64,000 nt of DNA. It comes from Rhizodiscina lignyota (taxonomy: Eukaryota). The first letter of the stretch is position 1. Every line of letters begins with the position of its first letter. This document shows positions 60,037-64,000 of this stretch, in pieces. The notes beneath the pieces are model-generated. The model saw nothing but the letters and a program-made list of their open reading frames with translations. It was not told where the DNA came from and made no database searches. The DNA lies in assembly GCA_010015805.1 (NCBI GenBank), contig ML978124.1, positions 62,001 to 126,000 on the forward strand. The letters are read 5' to 3'. The position numbers and the translations under genes are program-made.

Positions 60037-61855
60037 TCAGGTGTCAAGATTGTCTATTCGCTCTACTATCTCGCCCCAGAGCAGCCGATGCGTTGGCTCA
60101 TCTTGTAATTCGTGCCATATGACCCTTTTCAGCGTTGCTCGCATGTCCTCCCAAGATGATATCCCCATCTCTCCAACCATGCATGCCAGATGGCCTACGA
60201 ACCACGTCCGCTCTGGGCTGCCAAATGCTCCAACGCCTCCGGCTGAAAGTAGCCACAGTAAGACTGGATTTGCCGCACCCGTGATCATCAGCGGCCTCAG
60301 AGCCTCTTTCAGATCGTGCTGTGCTTTACTGACCATGAGTATCGGATCAGGTTGATGTCCGCACCATTGCGAAAACACATGCAATGCAGCTGTCCAACGG
60401 CATGCTTCTGCAATGAGGTATCTCTCCGAACCTTGTTCGAGCACGGGTGATAAGCTCAAAATACGCTGGAGAGTTGAGCAGAGAAAAGTCAGCACTGAGA
60501 GGTATGTCTGCGTGGAGTCGCAGTCCTCCGCTGTCTGGTATGTCGCGGCAAGGAGCCGTATATTACGCAAGCAGGCGGCAAATTCTACGTCTACGCCATA
60601 TTCTTCGAAGTCGACATATTCGAAGGCATCAAAACGTGGTAGCACTTCGTAGTACCACTGAGGATTTTCAATACCGTTAACAAGATCAATGATGGGGAAT
60701 GGTTCGTCTACTGCTGCAACAAACATGCTAAGTGAGAAGTAGTTAGCACTATCCGTAGTATCGGGTATCGATTGCTTAGGTGTGAATGGGATATCTGTCA
60801 TACCAGAAAACAATATTAGCAACCATCGCATTGGATTTCCGCAATCCATTGAATCCACCTCGGATTTCCGCCATCTTCTTCAGTCCTTGAATATGCATCT
60901 GCACCATCCGAATGTTGCCCTTCTCGTGCTGCAAGCAGTCAGCTCACACACCAAATTGAAGAACCTTTCATACTTACCTCTATCGCTGCAAGTCCAGCAA
61001 CCGCACTGATGGTTTGATCAGACACTGCCACGCCTGAATCCGACGAGTGCTGCACCCGTTCTCGCAATAACCGAATACATTCGCTCATTAGACGTTTCGA
61101 CTGGCGTACATCCGTCTTCGCATGAGATTTTTCCAAGTGGATAGCACTGAGCTGTAGTGTGACGTGGTAGAGGACTTCATCGCTGTAGATGATGGGAGCA
61201 TAGTATTCTGTCTGAGGGTTCTTCCCAGGCGCAGGGTAAAATGGGAACATATTGAAGACGCAGGTCGAGAAATCTAGAAGAGTCAGTGAGGTTATGAACT
61301 TTGTGCCAAGTACAGAAGGAATGTAACATACAATGCTTCAGCAAGTAGTCGGCGTTGTTCTCGCTCGTTGGAGGATGCGTCTGAAAAGGGTCGAGAAGCT
61401 CTGGGTCGATGAATTTCGGTACCGATGGAGCTGATCTTCTTCGAGCATGCTGCGTCGACTTGAAGATGGAAAACACCGTTTCGTCAGTTTCGATGTCGCC
61501 GGTGTCCTTCGCCATAGTGCCAACTTGGCCGGGGCTCGAGATATCGACATTGTATTCGCAAGTCTTCTTCGATCCTTGGAAATATATTTTGCAATTAACA
61601 CAGAGAGGATGCGTCTCATCACACTGCTCCCGTCAGCATATCTCAGGTGACAGACAATACGGAACGATTCAGGAGCAGCCTCCAAAGTGAAAGAATGACC
61701 CAGGACAGTGGACTACGAGTGTGCGACCGACAAGGACTCACCTTGATCTTCCTTTCTTTGCAAGTCTTGCAGCCTTTTCGAGATTTTTTGTGAGCTCGTG
61801 GGGCGACTAGTCTCTGACACTCCTCTGAGTGCTGGTCAGCGTTTGGATAAGTCAT
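60037..61855 (-). CDS. Zn(II)2Cys6 transcription factor with Upc2/Ecm22-type DNA-binding domain
   Basis: RAHKKSRKGCKTCKERKIK|CDETHPLCVNC..TCEY split by an intron; LDPF, VSDQTISAVAGLAAIE, LLWLL..GG and WFV..L motifs. Confidence 0.88.
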
Positions 61856-64000
61856 CGGGTTCGGGTTCGGGACAGTGGCTTAGAGAATAGGGGTTCTGGT
61901 AGGGTAAGGTTTGAGATGACAGAATGACTTCGCCCTGGAAAAGAACGTTGAGTACTGAATTCGATACAGTCGCAATACGGTCGCCTTCCCAGTCCTCGTC
62001 TCCGCAGCTCTCGAATTTCTGACTTGAAAAGGGGGTCCTTTGAGCTTACCTACTTATTCTGCTTCGAGATCGCTTTGCAAGGCTTTGCAATCTATCGACG
62101 GACTGTTCAATTCTGGTACATCTGTCATCGGCTTCGGGTGCATATGTAATCGAGAGAACTGTATAGATGATGTCGCTAGATCTTCAGATCGGGCTGAGAG
62201 ATTCTGATTGGAATATGGCATATATGACGAGCTGAATCACAATTACCCGCTGCAATGAAGGTGTGTTAGATTTGCGGTTGGTTATCTTTATTCGGCCGTC
62301 AGGGTCCACTCACGTACATTAGAGCGTCCGCCATCAGACGGGAACTCATCCGACAGGCTGTGACGCTTTGCCACGGCCTGACTAAACTATCACGGTGATA
62401 TTTTATCCCCAAGCGAAGTTAATGTTGTATCGCATTTCGGTATGTTTTCAACTGTTTCTTAGTACGAGAACACAAGAGTAAGATTTCGTTCTAAATCGAA
62501 CGTCATAACGCAGACAGAACTCCTTAGTGCATGCAGGTTTCAGCATATCACAGAAGACCCGGGATCGAGGGCGTCAAAGCTGATCCCAACCATCTCTACA
62601 AGGATTCGAATTCCAGTGAGATATTCAACGAACTATAAAGGTAGTTATCGTCGTTTGGCTCATGGATTCTCAAGCGAGATGCTATGAGAGCTATTTGCTC
62701 GACTTGTCATCCACCCAGAAACGAAAGTCGACTTGATACCTACCCACAATATAAGAAATCAGTGTTTGGAGCACATGCAGCAAGCTCACCGTGATCTAGA
62801 TGCCTCCAGGGTTGAGATCCTCCTTCAACTACCGTCCCTTGGCGCTGTTGTTGCCACTCATGTTCTTGAACATCGTGGCGTCAGACCAATTGACTGTAGC
62901 TCACCGCTTCGAGCTCGTCGAGCAAATGGCCTGCTCCTGACGTGTATGAACAGCTCCCCATGCCGTATCTATGCACAGGATCACGTTAGCTTCTGTTGAC
63001 CGGTCGTTTCCTTCACGGTGATCGATCCCGATCGATCCAAATGGCTGCAGCAGAACAAAGAATCTGCGCAAGTGCGATGTCCCTTCTAGTACCGTGACAC
63101 CATTCTGTTATGGTGTGGGAGGTTGTTGAATCGAACTTTCTTCTGTCAAATTATTTGCCGCTGATGCTGGAGACTGGATTGGGAGGTGAGTGGCCCTGGC
63201 ACCTTCTTCACGGGACGTACGATGACATATTCCGGGAGAGCAGCGGATCCCAGAAATACTTAAAGCGCATATTAAGAGATGATTCAAATTGGTCGTGGTG
63301 GCTGTTTTCAACCTGCAGTATGAATCAGAACGGTACAGTTCGACTCTCATCGCCATGATCGACACACGTATTGATGAACCGGATTGCGAAGAAATAGCTC
63401 TGAAGAGTTCTTGACTTGAAGGCCGAAGGCCGGGACTTCTCAGGGACTTCAAGAATACTCGAAACATGAGCAGAACTGAAACATAAACAAAAGGACATCT
63501 TCGACTTAGAGTTGTTTCCGAAAGCAGACCATATGGTCTTCAATCAGGAATGCCATAATAAAGGGGACAGAAATCATCATTGGGCATGGTCATGGATTCC
63601 GTCACATCCCGCGTCGACAGTTGCGAAGGAGATGATCTTGTCCTTGCCTCTCAAAATGTTCATCGACAAAAGGCTTGTTGGCGGTTTTCACAATGAAGTT
63701 ATCGCCTAGAGCCTGTTGCCCGGTTCCGATGTTACCAGGGAATGAAGGTTTCGATATGGGGCGAAAGATGGATCGATGTCGGACTCCAGGTTCATTCAAC
63801 TGTCAACATGCATCAATCGTCCCTGGCATAGGCGAGCCATTAGTCGCGCTGCGATGCAGGATGGCGTTCTGTTCCACAATGAACAAGATTTCTGACGCGT
63901 TCGGCCGCAAACTCGTTAGTTCTCGACGACGATGCTGGAATGAGGGAGGTGAGAAAGGAACGAATTGCCCCGACCACGTTCGGGCGAATAAACGTTGGCG

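Noticed and set aside
62600..64000. Short ORFs and a possible further HET-like relic at the window end
   Set aside because: Only vague resemblance across several frameshifts; no diagnostic motif could be rebuilt.
1..64000. Starship or other large mobile element carrying the accessory genes
   Set aside because: No tyrosine-recombinase captain, transposase, reverse transcriptase or terminal repeats recognised, and core genes are interspersed.

Overview
Eukaryotic DNA from a filamentous ascomycete (short GT-AG introns with CTRAC branch sites, Zn2Cys6 regulators, HET genes). The 64 kb window holds about 24 apparently intact protein genes and a U2 snRNA gene. Only a few are core genes (SDH4, a Trk K+ transporter, U2). 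They sit among accessory enzymes, transporters and regulators and at least seven decayed genes or fragments (GPD N-terminus, two HET remnants, a TF, an MFS, a lectin, an unknown gene). There is no NRPS/PKS backbone, no intact transposon and no tRNA/rRNA that I can recognise. The most interesting elements are: an intronless bacterial-type CapA/PGA_cap metalloenzyme with an internally duplicated insert, sharing a divergent promoter with an ACS-type transporter and followed by an alpha/beta hydrolase; a PsiD-like pyruvoyl decarboxylase that needs a GC-AG intron; a SUKH (SMI1/KNR4) gene head-to-head with a HET remnant; and a C11orf54-type decarboxylase near a polyol SDR. All family calls come from motif recognition by eye; no searches were run, and intron boundaries are hand-predicted.
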